Assembly (NCBI GenBank): GCA_045541035.1
Contig: JAZQII010000090.1
Location: 9,175 to 73,174, forward strand
Direction of reading: 5' to 3'
Origin: Clostridia bacterium
Lineage (GTDB): Bacteria > Bacillota > Clostridia > Christensenellales > QALW01
DNA length: 64,000 bases
In this document: positions 40,956 to 50,303 of the stretch, piece by piece
How positions within the stretch are numbered: the first letter of the stretch is position 1
Layout of the letters: each line of letters begins with the position of its first letter
Position numbers and translations under genes: made by a program
The notes under the pieces: generated by a model
The model's input: the letters and a program-made list of their open reading frames with translations, nothing else
What the model was told of the DNA's origin: nothing
The model's database searches: none

Positions 40956-41720
40956 ATGCGTGTAGTTATCAAAATCGGAACAAGTACGTTAACTCATTCA
41001 ACGGGGCATCTTAACATAAGACGTGTTGAAGAGATCTGTAAAATAATAAGCGATATAAAAAATGCGGGACATCAGGTTATAATGGTGTCGTCAGGCGCTA
41101 TCGGCATGGGCGTTGGAAAACTTGGATTAAGTGAGCGCCCCAAAGATATTCCCACCAAGCAGGCGGCGGCGGCAGTAGGTCAGTGCGAACTGATGTACGT
41201 TTACGATAAGTTGTTTTCTGAATATAATCACACCGTTGCACAGTTGCTTATTACCGGTGATGACGTTGAGAACGACGTGCGCCACGAAAATTTCTCAAAC
41301 ACTCTTAACCGTTTGTTGGAACTTGACGCGCTTCCGATCATAAATGAAAATGACACCGTTTCAACAAAGGAGATCGTTATCGGTGATAACGATACTTTAG
41401 CGGCAATTGTTGCAAAAAGTGTTAAGGCAGACCTTTTGATTCTTATGTCAGATATTGACGGGCTTTATACTGCAGATCCACACAAAGATGAGAACGCTGA
41501 ACTTATTCCTATTGTAAATAAGATAGATGAAAAAATCGAAGCACTTGCAGGGGCAAGCGGAAGCGCACTTGGCACGGGCGGAATGGTAACAAAACTTAAT
41601 GCCGCAAAAATGTGCTTTGAAGTAAATTGCGATATGGTCATCACAAACGGCGATAATCCCCAAAATCTTTACGGAATTATCAACGGCGAAAATATCGGCA
41701 CGCGTTTTACGGAGAAATAA
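40956..41720 (+). CDS. proB: Glutamate 5-kinase (short form, no PUA domain)
   Basis: VIKIGTSTLT, VSSGAI, KQAAAAVGQ, INENDTV, GDNDTL, GTGGMVTK. Confidence 0.95.
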   Translation: MRVVIKIGTSTLTHSTGHLNIRRVEEICKIISDIKNAGHQVIMVSSGAIGMGVGKLGLSERPKDIPTKQAAAAVGQCELMYVYDKLFSEYNHTVAQLLITGDDVENDVRHENFSNTLNRLLELDALPIINENDTVSTKEIVIGDNDTLAAIVAKSVKADLLILMSDIDGLYTADPHKDENAELIPIVNKIDEKIEALAGASGSALGTGGMVTKLNAAKMCFEVNCDMVITNGDNPQNLYGIINGENIGTRFTEK

Positions 41721-41721
41721 T

Positions 41722-42954
41722 ATGATTGAAATGTTGAAAAGAGCCAAAAAGGCTAAAATCGAGGTATCAAATTCCGACACCGCAAAAAGAGATCTTGCCC
41801 TGAAATATATGGCAGAAGCGCTTATTGAGCATCAGGAAGAAATTCTTGAAGCTAATAAACAAGACGTTGAAAAGGCACGGGGCACAGTTTCCGACGTAAT
41901 GATCGACAGACTTATGCTTACCGCTCAAAGAATCGAGGGTATGGCAAAAGGTATTCTTGAAGTTAAAAATCTGCCTGATCCGGTAAACAGAGTTCTCGAT
42001 GAATATGTTCGCGAAGACGGACTTAAAATAACAAAAGTATCTGTTCCCATGGGCGTTGTTGCAATTATCTATGAAAGCCGACCTAACGTTACAAGCGATG
42101 CGGCGGCATTAGCAATAAAAAGCGGCAACGTGTGTGTTCTTCGCGGCGGAAAAGAAGCCTTTAATTCGGCAAACGCCATAGTAAACGCCCTTAAAGAAGG
42201 TCTTAAAAAAGCAGGTCTTTGCGAAGACGCGGTAAACCTTGTTCAGGATATAACAAGAGAAAGCGCAAACCAACTTATGACGGCTGATAAATACGTGGAT
42301 CTTCTTATTCCCCGCGGTGGTGCAGGACTTATTTCTGCCTGCGTTAAAAATGCAACCGTACCTTGCATACAGACGGGAACGGGTATTTGCCACGTTTACG
42401 TTGAAAAGTCTGCCGATCAGGAAAAGGCACTTAAAATAATCGAAAATGCAAAAACAAGCAGACCTTCCGTATGTAACGCTGAAGAAGTGTTGCTTGTTGA
42501 TAAAGAGATCGCAAAAGAGTTCTTGCCTAAAGTGAAGGAACTTCTTACAAAAAAACATAACGTTGAACTGCGCCTTGATGAGTATTCTCAAAAAATTATT
42601 GAAGGCACTCCCGCAGGCGAAAATGATTTCGATACTGAATTTTTAGATTATATTTTGGCTGTAAAATGTGTTGAAAACGTTTTTGAAGCAGTTGAACATA
42701 TTTCGGAACATTCAACGGGCCACAGTGAAGCGATAGTTACCGAAAACGAAGAAGCCAAAAAGGTTTTTGTTTCTTCCGTTGATTCTTCTTCCGTTTACGT
42801 TAATTCTTCAACACGTTTCACCGATGGCGGAGAGTTCGGTTTAGGTTGTGAAATGGGCATTTCCACCCAAAAACTTCACGCCCGCGGACCTATGGGATTA
42901 AGGGAACTTAACACCTATAAATACGTCATTGTTGGTGACGGTCATATAAGATAG
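41722..42954 (+). CDS. proA: Gamma-glutamyl phosphate reductase
   Basis: IIYESRPNVT, IPRGGAGLI, PSVCNA, TRFTDGGEFG, STQKLHARGPMG. Confidence 0.95.
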   Translation: MIEMLKRAKKAKIEVSNSDTAKRDLALKYMAEALIEHQEEILEANKQDVEKARGTVSDVMIDRLMLTAQRIEGMAKGILEVKNLPDPVNRVLDEYVREDGLKITKVSVPMGVVAIIYESRPNVTSDAAALAIKSGNVCVLRGGKEAFNSANAIVNALKEGLKKAGLCEDAVNLVQDITRESANQLMTADKYVDLLIPRGGAGLISACVKNATVPCIQTGTGICHVYVEKSADQEKALKIIENAKTSRPSVCNAEEVLLVDKEIAKEFLPKVKELLTKKHNVELRLDEYSQKIIEGTPAGENDFDTEFLDYILAVKCVENVFEAVEHISEHSTGHSEAIVTENEEAKKVFVSSVDSSSVYVNSSTRFTDGGEFGLGCEMGISTQKLHARGPMGLRELNTYKYVIVGDGHIR

Positions 42955-42965
42955 GAGATTTTATT

Positions 42966-43751
42966 ATGAAATACGGTTTTATCGGTTGCGGTAACATGGG
43001 CGGTGCGCTTATCCGCGCATTAAGCAAAAAAACAAAAGATATTATAATTGCCGATTTCTTTCTTGAAAAGGCACAAGCGTTGGCAGAAGAATTGGATATC
43101 GAATGGGGTACCAACGATGAAGTTGTTGACAGGGCGGACAGAATTTTCCTTGCCGTCAAACCTCAGATGATGGAGAAAGTTCTTTCTGAATTAAAAGAAC
43201 AGATTCAGGAGAGAAAACCTCTTTTAATTACCATTGCGGCAGGTCTTGAAATTAAAAAGATCGAAGAATTTGCAGGCGGAAATCTTCCCGTTATCCGCAT
43301 CATGCCCAATACTCCCGTTTCGGTTGGCGAAGGACTTATCATGTATACTTCAAACGTTCTTGCGGAAGACAGAGTTGATGACTTCGTTTCAGACATGGAG
43401 TATGCAGGTACGTTAGATAAACTTGACGAAAAACTTATTGATGCAGGCACGGCAGTTTCAGGTTGCGGTCCTGCCTATATGTATATGTTTTTAGAAGCGC
43501 TTGCCGATGGCGGTGTTGCTTGCGGTCTTCCCCGCGATAAAGCGCTTTTATATGCTTCAAAGACTATGGAAGGCGCGGCAAAACTTGCCCTTGAAAGTAA
43601 AAAACACCCCGGTGAACTTAAAGATGCGGTTTGCTCGCCCGGCGGAAGCACCATCATGGGCGTCAAGGCTCTTGAAGACGGCAATCTCCGCGCTTCAGCA
43701 GTAAATGCAGTAGTTAAGGCTTATGAGAGAAATAAAGAATTAGGAAAATAA
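42966..43751 (+). CDS. proC: Pyrroline-5-carboxylate reductase
   Basis: GFIGCGNMG, LAVKPQ, RIMPNTP, SGCGPAY, VCSPGGST. Confidence 0.95.
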   Translation: MKYGFIGCGNMGGALIRALSKKTKDIIIADFFLEKAQALAEELDIEWGTNDEVVDRADRIFLAVKPQMMEKVLSELKEQIQERKPLLITIAAGLEIKKIEEFAGGNLPVIRIMPNTPVSVGEGLIMYTSNVLAEDRVDDFVSDMEYAGTLDKLDEKLIDAGTAVSGCGPAYMYMFLEALADGGVACGLPRDKALLYASKTMEGAAKLALESKKHPGELKDAVCSPGGSTIMGVKALEDGNLRASAVNAVVKAYERNKELGK

Positions 43752-43776
43752 AAATAACGGCTCAAAATGAGCCGTT

Positions 43777-43966
43777 CAGAGCACTGACAAACCCTTACAA
43801 ACATAGCACCCTGCAAAAATTTTGCAGGGTGCTATTTCCTTCGTTACATTCACTTGCAAAATGCGGTCATTTACGTCTGTGTAAACTCCCTTTTTTGCAA
43901 GTTCAGCGCCTTGGCTTGCAAGGGTTTCTCGAACTCTGGCAGTCTGCTGACCTTGCCAGCAGACTG
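43777..43966 (+). mobile_element. ~190-bp MITE, copy 3, flanked by a 20-bp direct repeat of the proC terminator
   Basis: ACGGCTCAAAATGAGCCGTT at 43757-43776 and 43967-43986. Confidence 0.9.
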
Positions 43967-43995
43967 ACGGCTCAAAATGAGCCGTTATTTTTTTC

Positions 43996-44024
43996 TTGCT
44001 AAATTTAAAAAAGTGTGATATTAT
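43996..44024 (+). promoter_or_regulatory. sigmaA promoter
   Basis: TTGCTA-17-TATTAT with TG extension, immediately before the structured region. Confidence 0.65.
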
Positions 44025-44028
44025 GATA

Positions 44029-44232
44029 CTGTCACATAAACTTAATAAGAGTATTGGGGTATTCTTCTTTTTTGGAATATTCTGTCTTTTCGTGTTCACT
44101 GCCGAATTTGATAAAAATGCAAATTCCACTCGGTGAATGCGTGATTTAATATCCCATTTTATTAAGTTTGTGTGACAGCAATCGGAGTTTGCGTTTTTTG
44201 TGTGTGCAACTTTGGTTGTGCACACTTTTTTT
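44029..44232 (+). ncRNA. Candidate structured RNA (150-nt rod-like hairpin + intrinsic terminator), unassigned
   Basis: Nested stems with G-U pairs favouring the + strand, closed by CTGTCACATAAACTTAATAA/TTATTAAGTTTGTGTGACAG; terminator at 44200-44232. Confidence 0.6.
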
Positions 44233-44339
44233 ATTCCCAAAAACAAAGAAAATCCACGAAAGATGGATAAAACTCTACGACACGTAGGTTTATTATTTTT
44301 GGGATTAGGTTTATAATAGTTAACGAAAGAAGGGATAAT

Positions 44340-45308
44340 ATGATATTCAAAGAAAAACGCTATACGTGTTTGCAAGAGATATTTGGAGTTGAAGAAAATT
44401 TTAGTAAATGGCTTGCCTCGGATGATGATGAGGGAGGGATCGAGTACATAAAAAGCGCGTTAGGCGTTGAAGTTGTAAGCGAAGGTACAGAAGTAAGTCC
44501 TACAGGTCATTTTTCAGCAGATATTGTTATGCGAACGTCAGACATTGATGATGAAAGCGAATCTGTAAAAATTATAATTGAAAATCAATATGGAAAAACC
44601 GATCATAATCACCTTAGCAAACTTATAACGTATGCTTTGGAAAATGAAGCAACGTATTCAGTGTGGATTGCTGAAGATGTTGACAGCACTCACAAAAAAG
44701 TTATTGATTGGCTTAATGCAAATACAAATCCCGGACGAGATATTTATTTTTATCTTTTTAAAGCGGTTGTTGAAGAAATTGGTGATTCCAAAGAAAAGCA
44801 TTTTGAGTTGATTCCTATTTGTGAACCCGATGAAAACTCAAGGATCATCAATTCTATAGCAAATAAAGAACTATCCGTTATAAAATTTGCGCAACTTGAA
44901 TTTTGGAAGACTTTTTCAGATCAGTTGAAAAAATCTAAATTTAATATTCGCAAACCTCGACCACAGCATTGGTATAATATATCTGCAGGTTTGCGTGATG
45001 CTGTTTTTTCTGTCTGCATTAACATTAAAGAGAGCAGTGCCCGATTGGAATTTTATATAAGTAACAACGTTGATTTATATAATAATCTTTACAATAAAAA
45101 AGATGAAATCGAAAGTGATATTGGCAGGAAACTTATTTGGGAAAACAAGGAAAATAAAAAATCGTGTAAAATTTGTTATGTATTCCCAAATAAAGATTTT
45201 GATTTTTCTGATGATAAAAAATATATTGAGTATTCAGAAAAAATTATTAAAGAGTTAACTGATAAATTTAAAAAAATAAGTGATTATGCAAAGGAGAATA
45301 GAAAATAA
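44340..45308 (+). CDS. DUF4268 domain protein with N-terminal PD-(D/E)XK (NucS-like) nuclease-like domain
   Basis: ADIV...IIIENQYGKTDHNHLSKLITYA, VWIAE, WLN; C-terminal QLEFW..RKPRPQHWYNIS..L.W; very AT-rich. Confidence 0.75.
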   Translation: MIFKEKRYTCLQEIFGVEENFSKWLASDDDEGGIEYIKSALGVEVVSEGTEVSPTGHFSADIVMRTSDIDDESESVKIIIENQYGKTDHNHLSKLITYALENEATYSVWIAEDVDSTHKKVIDWLNANTNPGRDIYFYLFKAVVEEIGDSKEKHFELIPICEPDENSRIINSIANKELSVIKFAQLEFWKTFSDQLKKSKFNIRKPRPQHWYNISAGLRDAVFSVCINIKESSARLEFYISNNVDLYNNLYNKKDEIESDIGRKLIWENKENKKSCKICYVFPNKDFDFSDDKKYIEYSEKIIKELTDKFKKISDYAKENRK

Positions 45309-48300
45309 TGAAAAAATTATTGTCTTTTATCTTAATACTTGCACTTGCTTTTTCTTGTGTAAGTATGGTAACTTTTACCGTTAGTGCTGAAGATTCTACT
45401 TACGGTGATTTAACTTATACTGTTTCAATTGGCAAAGTTACAATCACCAATTGCAATACTTCCGCAAGCGGTGCATTGGAAATTCCCGCAACTATTGATG
45501 GTTATCCGGTAACAAGTATTGATCCCTTGGCATTCTCTGGTTGCAGCGGTTTAACCAGCATAATAATACCCGATAGCGTTACAAGTATTGGTTATGATGC
45601 ATTCTCTGGTTGCAGCAGTTTAACAAGCATAACAATACCCGATAGCGTAACAAGTATTGGTTCGAGGGCATTCTATGATTGTAGCAATTTAACAAGCATA
45701 ACAATCCCCGATAGCGTTACAAGCATTGGTATTGATGTATTCTATGGTTGCAGCGGTTTAAAAGAAGTACATATAACTGATTTGAAGGCTTGGTGTAATA
45801 TTGAGTTTGGTGAGGTTCATTCTAACCCATTAGGTTATGCACAGAACCTTTATCTTAACGGAGCATTAGTAACCGATCTGATTGTTCCTGACGGCGTAAC
45901 AAGTATTGGTAATTCTGCATTCCTTGGTTGCAACAGTTTAACAAGCGTAACAATACCTGATAGCGTAACAAGTATTGGTTCTTATGTATTCGCTTATTGC
46001 AGCAGTTTAACAAGCATAACGATACCCGATAGCGTAAAAAGTATTGGTGATTCTGCATTCGAAGAATGCAGCAGTTTAACAAGCATAACAATAGGTAATA
46101 GCGTAACAAGTATTGGTGGTTATGCATTCTATGGTTGCAGCAGTTTAACAAGCATAATAATACCTGATAGCGTAAAAAGTATTAATTATCGTGTATTCGA
46201 AGGTTGCAGCAATTTAACAAGCATAACGATACCTGATAGCGTAAAAAGTATTGGTGGTTCTGCATTCTATGGTTGCAGCAGTTTAACAAGCGTAACGATA
46301 CCTGATAGCGTAACAAGTATTGACAGTTGGGCATTCAATGATTGCAGCAGTTTAACAAGCGTAATAATACCCGATAGCGTTACAAGTATTGGTAATTCTG
46401 CATTCTCTGGTTGCAGCAGTTTAAAAGAAGTACATATAACTGATTTAAAGGCTTGGTGTAATATTAAGTTTGGTTATGATTCTAACCCATTAGGTTATGC
46501 ACATAACCTTTATCTTAACGGAGAATTAGTAACCGATCTGATTGTTCCTGACGGCGTAACAAGTATTGGCTCGAGGGCCTTCGCCAAGTGCAGCAGTTTA
46601 ACCAGCATAACAATGCCCGATAGTGTTACAAGTATTGGTGATTCTGCATTCTCTGGTTGCAGCAGTTTAACAAGCGTAACAATCCCCGATAGCGTTACAA
46701 GTATTGGTGGTTATGCATTCTCTGGTTGCAACAGTTTAACAAGCATAATAATCCCTGATAGCGTAACAAATATTGGTGATTATGCATTCGAAGGTTGCAA
46801 CAGTTTAACAAGCATAATAATCCCTGATAGCGTAACAAATATTGGTGATTATGCATTCGAAGGTTGCAGCAGTTTAACAAGCATAATAATACCCGATAGC
46901 GTAACAAGTATTAGTGGTTATGCATTCTATAATTGCAGCAGTTTAACAAGCATAATAATCCCCGATAGCGTAACAAGTATTAGTGGTTATGCATTCTATA
47001 ATTGCAGCAGTTTAACAAGCATAACGATACCTGATAGCGTAACAAGTATTGGTGATTATGCATTCCGTAATTGCAGCAGTTTAACAAGCATAACGATACC
47101 CGACGGCGTAACAAGTATTGGTGATTATGCATTCCGTGATTGCAGCAAGTTAAGCACAGTATACTATAATGGCACCGATGAACAATGGAATAATATTACA
47201 GTTGGTTCAAATAATACGCCGTTACTGAATGCAAGACTTGAAAATTCAATAGCATACGCTACTTATGAGATTTCAAATAATGAAGTAACGATTACTGATT
47301 TTGATACAACAAAAGGCGGAAAAATAGAACTCCCCGCAACGATTGAAGGCTATCCCGTAACAAAGATCGGAACATCTGCTTTTGCGGGGTGCGCGTTGAT
47401 CACGGAGATCATTTTACCTGATTCTATTACAGAAATCGGTGCATCCGCTTTTGAAGAATGTAATTTAATTACTGAAATTGTTATACCTGATTCTGTTACG
47501 GAAATCGGCGCATGGGCATTTTATAATTGCAGTGCTTTAACCGAAATAAACATTCCTGCTTCTGTTACAAAAATCAACAGTTACACGTTTAATAATTGCA
47601 GTGCACTTACTGACGTTTGGTTTGACGGCACAGAAGAGCAATGGGCAAGCATAACCATATCATCAGGTAATACTCCTTTAAAAAATGCAAAAGTATATTA
47701 TAATTTTGATGGGCATCATAAAGATATAACAAAATATTTAACTTACAGAATCTCTTCAGGTAAAGTAACTATTACTGACTGCGATACATCAATTGCAGGC
47801 GCATATTTTATACCTGATACAATTGAAGGCTATCCGGTAACAAGTATTGGTAATTATGCATTCCAAAATTGCAGTAGTTTAACAAGCGTAACAATACCCG
47901 ATAGCGTTACAAGTATTGGCAGTTATGCATTCGATGGTTGCAGCAGTTTAAATGCAGTGTATATAACTGATTTAAAGGCTTGGTGTAATATTGAGTTTAT
48001 TTCTAACCCGTTATATTATGCACATAACCTTTATCTTAACGGAGAATTAGTAACCGATCTAATTATCCCCGATAGCGTAACAAGTATTGGTGAAAGGGCA
48101 TTCGAAGGTTGCAGCAGTTTAACAAGCGTAACAATACCCGATAGCGTAACAAGTATTGGCGCTAGGGCTTTCCAATATTGCAGTAGTTTAACAAGCGTAA
48201 CAATACCTGATAGCGTAACAAGTATTAGTGCTATGGCATTCGAAGGTTGCAGTAGTTTAACAAGCGTAACGATACCTGATAGTGTAACAAGTATTGGCAG

Positions 48301-49489
48301 TTATGCATTCAAGATTTGCAGCAGTTTAACCAGTATAATAATACCCGATAGCATAACAAGCATTAGTATTGATGTATTCTATGGTTGCAGCAGTTTAACC
48401 AGCATAACAATCCCCGATAGCGTTACAAGTATTGGTGATTCTGCATTCTATAAATGCAGCAGTTTAGAAACGGTATATTATCCTGCGACAAAAGCAAAAT
48501 GGAACAGTATTACAATTGGCGGAAATAATGAGGCATTAACAAATGCTGAACTTATTTGTATTGATCCTCAAATCACAGGTTCAAGTGTTGACGTTGGCTC
48601 AACCCTTACCGTTAACTATTTTGTTGAATTTGATTATCTTGATAAATTCAATTTAACTGCAGATGATTTTACTATGCGCTTTACGTCGCCTAACGGTAAA
48701 GTTGAACTTGTTAAAGGAACTTATGATCCTCAAAGCGGTTATTATAAATATCCATATGCAGGTGTTAACCCTCAGTGTATGAATGATAATATTAAGGCTG
48801 AACTTATTTATAATGAAGAAGTTTGTGCAATAAAAGAATATTATAGCGTAAAAGAATATTGTGAAAGACAGATTTCAAGAACAGCAGAACAGTTAGGCTT
48901 AACCGAAACTCAATATAACGCCCTTAAAACTCTTCTTGCCGATATGCTTGTTTACGGAAGCGAAGCACAGAAATACAGAGATTATAATGATTCCGAACTT
49001 CCTGATGTTGACGAATGGATAAGCGAATATAAGAGCACCTTTAAAACTCCTGATGGCGTTAAGAAGGTAACGGGCAATGCTGATGCAGAAAACAAGGTAA
49101 AATCTGTTGGTCTTAATATGGCAAACGTAAACAGAATCTACTTTAAAATGATTCTCAATGATGAAAACGTTGTTATTAAGTTAAATAATAAAGTAATTGA
49201 CCGCGCAGAGTTAATTAAAAATGCTGACGGAACGTTCACTCTTTATTCTTCCGATATTAAGGCAACGGGATTTAATGACGTTCACACCTTAACTCTCACA
49301 CAAGGCGAAGAAGTTATCTCAACAGTTCAATATAACGTAAACGCTTACGTTAAATCAAAGAACGCTGATGAGAATGTAGGAGATATAGTAAAAGCATTAT
49401 CTAACTACGGCGCATCTGCAAAGCGTTATGCAAATTCCTTTAAGACAATTGGCGATAATCAGTTTGAACTTGAAGAGGATATCCTTTAA
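45308..49489 (+). CDS. BspA-type (TpLRR/LRR_5) leucine-rich-repeat surface protein
   Basis: Signal peptide, >30 23-aa repeats LTSITIPDSVTSIGxxAFxxCSS, IPATIxGYPVT caps, C-terminal non-LRR domain. Confidence 0.92.
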   Translation: MKKLLSFILILALAFSCVSMVTFTVSAEDSTYGDLTYTVSIGKVTITNCNTSASGALEIPATIDGYPVTSIDPLAFSGCSGLTSIIIPDSVTSIGYDAFSGCSSLTSITIPDSVTSIGSRAFYDCSNLTSITIPDSVTSIGIDVFYGCSGLKEVHITDLKAWCNIEFGEVHSNPLGYAQNLYLNGALVTDLIVPDGVTSIGNSAFLGCNSLTSVTIPDSVTSIGSYVFAYCSSLTSITIPDSVKSIGDSAFEECSSLTSITIGNSVTSIGGYAFYGCSSLTSIIIPDSVKSINYRVFEGCSNLTSITIPDSVKSIGGSAFYGCSSLTSVTIPDSVTSIDSWAFNDCSSLTSVIIPDSVTSIGNSAFSGCSSLKEVHITDLKAWCNIKFGYDSNPLGYAHNLYLNGELVTDLIVPDGVTSIGSRAFAKCSSLTSITMPDSVTSIGDSAFSGCSSLTSVTIPDSVTSIGGYAFSGCNSLTSIIIPDSVTNIGDYAFEGCNSLTSIIIPDSVTNIGDYAFEGCSSLTSIIIPDSVTSISGYAFYNCSSLTSIIIPDSVTSISGYAFYNCSSLTSITIPDSVTSIGDYAFRNCSSLTSITIPDGVTSIGDYAFRDCSKLSTVYYNGTDEQWNNITVGSNNTPLLNARLENSIAYATYEISNNEVTITDFDTTKGGKIELPATIEGYPVTKIGTSAFAGCALITEIILPDSITEIGASAFEECNLITEIVIPDSVTEIGAWAFYNCSALTEINIPASVTKINSYTFNNCSALTDVWFDGTEEQWASITISSGNTPLKNAKVYYNFDGHHKDITKYLTYRISSGKVTITDCDTSIAGAYFIPDTIEGYPVTSIGNYAFQNCSSLTSVTIPDSVTSIGSYAFDGCSSLNAVYITDLKAWCNIEFISNPLYYAHNLYLNGELVTDLIIPDSVTSIGERAFEGCSSLTSVTIPDSVTSIGARAFQYCSSLTSVTIPDSVTSISAMAFEGCSSLTSVTIPDSVTSIGSYAFKICSSLTSIIIPDSITSISIDVFYGCSSLTSITIPDSVTSIGDSAFYKCSSLETVYYPATKAKWNSITIGGNNEALTNAELICIDPQITGSSVDVGSTLTVNYFVEFDYLDKFNLTADDFTMRFTSPNGKVELVKGTYDPQSGYYKYPYAGVNPQCMNDNIKAELIYNEEVCAIKEYYSVKEYCERQISRTAEQLGLTETQYNALKTLLADMLVYGSEAQKYRDYNDSELPDVDEWISEYKSTFKTPDGVKKVTGNADAENKVKSVGLNMANVNRIYFKMILNDENVVIKLNNKVIDRAELIKNADGTFTLYSSDIKATGFNDVHTLTLTQGEEVISTVQYNVNAYVKSKNADENVGDIVKALSNYGASAKRYANSFKTIGDNQFELEEDIL

Positions 49490-49493
49490 TACA

Positions 49494-49519
49494 AAAAACT
49501 CCCTTTCGGGAGTTTTTTT
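49494..49519. terminator. Bidirectional terminator
   Basis: AAAAAACTCCC-tttc-GGGAGTTTTTT between convergent genes. Confidence 0.8.
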
Positions 49520-50303
49520 ATTCCAATTCTCCGTAAAACTTAAAATACTCGCAGACGTAGGCGCAGGCGGTGTACTTGAATTTTTGCAGGAAATTATTTT
49601 GGTCGCTGTCGGGCATTTCGGCTATCAGGGTTTTACTTATGCTCAACATATCGGTAAGCGCTTTTACCGTTATATTTGAACTGTTAAGATCACCTAAAAG
49701 TTTCAGATCTTCTTCAAGTTTGCTTTCCATGGCGTTTAGTTTTGTGGAAGCCTGAAGCGACGTTATCTCTCCTGATTCAAGTTGTTCAAGGTAAAGTATA
49801 AGATCTTTGGAATTATCGGTCATTAAATTAAAGCAGGCGGATATTGTATCGGTCTGTTTTTTTGTGCCCGTAATTTTTATTGAAAGTTCATCAAGGGTAA
49901 GCGTCATAACCGTGCCTGAAGATAGGCTTGAAGCAACTTCTTTTGCCGAATCTTTATTTGTCTTTACAGAATGAAGCACGTTGAATTTTTTATCCATTTC
50001 AAAAATATATCCGCTTCCGCCCTGACTTTTTATTTCGTCGCTTGCTTTCTGCGCTTCTTCTAAAGAATCAACTTCCAAGGCGGAAATAAGATATATTTCA
50101 AGTTTTGTGGTTTTTAAGTTTTCGGTGGAAACACTTTCTGACTTAATTCCCGAAAAGTCGGCTACCGGCTTAATTATCTTTTCGGCAATAAATTTTCCGA
50201 TAGAATTTATGCTGAAAACCGTAAAGGCAAACATGACGATTATTAGCACCGCAATTATATTCTTTTTTAATTCTTTTTGTCTTGTCCGTTTTGAAACTCC
50301 CAT
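49518..50303 (-). CDS. Membrane-anchored hypothetical protein, possibly SPOR-like
   Basis: Start re-called at MGVSKR (GAGGTG RBS); N-terminal TM; EEAQKASDEIKSQGGSGYI resembles SPOR-type segments. Confidence 0.5.
   Translation of the reverse strand: MGVSKRTRQKELKKNIIAVLIIVMFAFTVFSINSIGKFIAEKIIKPVADFSGIKSESVSTENLKTTKLEIYLISALEVDSLEEAQKASDEIKSQGGSGYIFEMDKKFNVLHSVKTNKDSAKEVASSLSSGTVMTLTLDELSIKITGTKKQTDTISACFNLMTDNSKDLILYLEQLESGEITSLQASTKLNAMESKLEEDLKLLGDLNSSNITVKALTDMLSISKTLIAEMPDSDQNNFLQKFKYTACAYVCEYFKFYGELE

Noticed and set aside
43776-44375. 199-aa minus-strand ORF as a possible transposase
   Set aside because: Spans the MITE and the structured leader antisense; no DDE/HUH motifs or RBS; likely a chance ORF
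45855-46907. Repetitive Cys/Leu-rich minus-strand ORFs
   Set aside because: Antisense shadows of the LRR repeats
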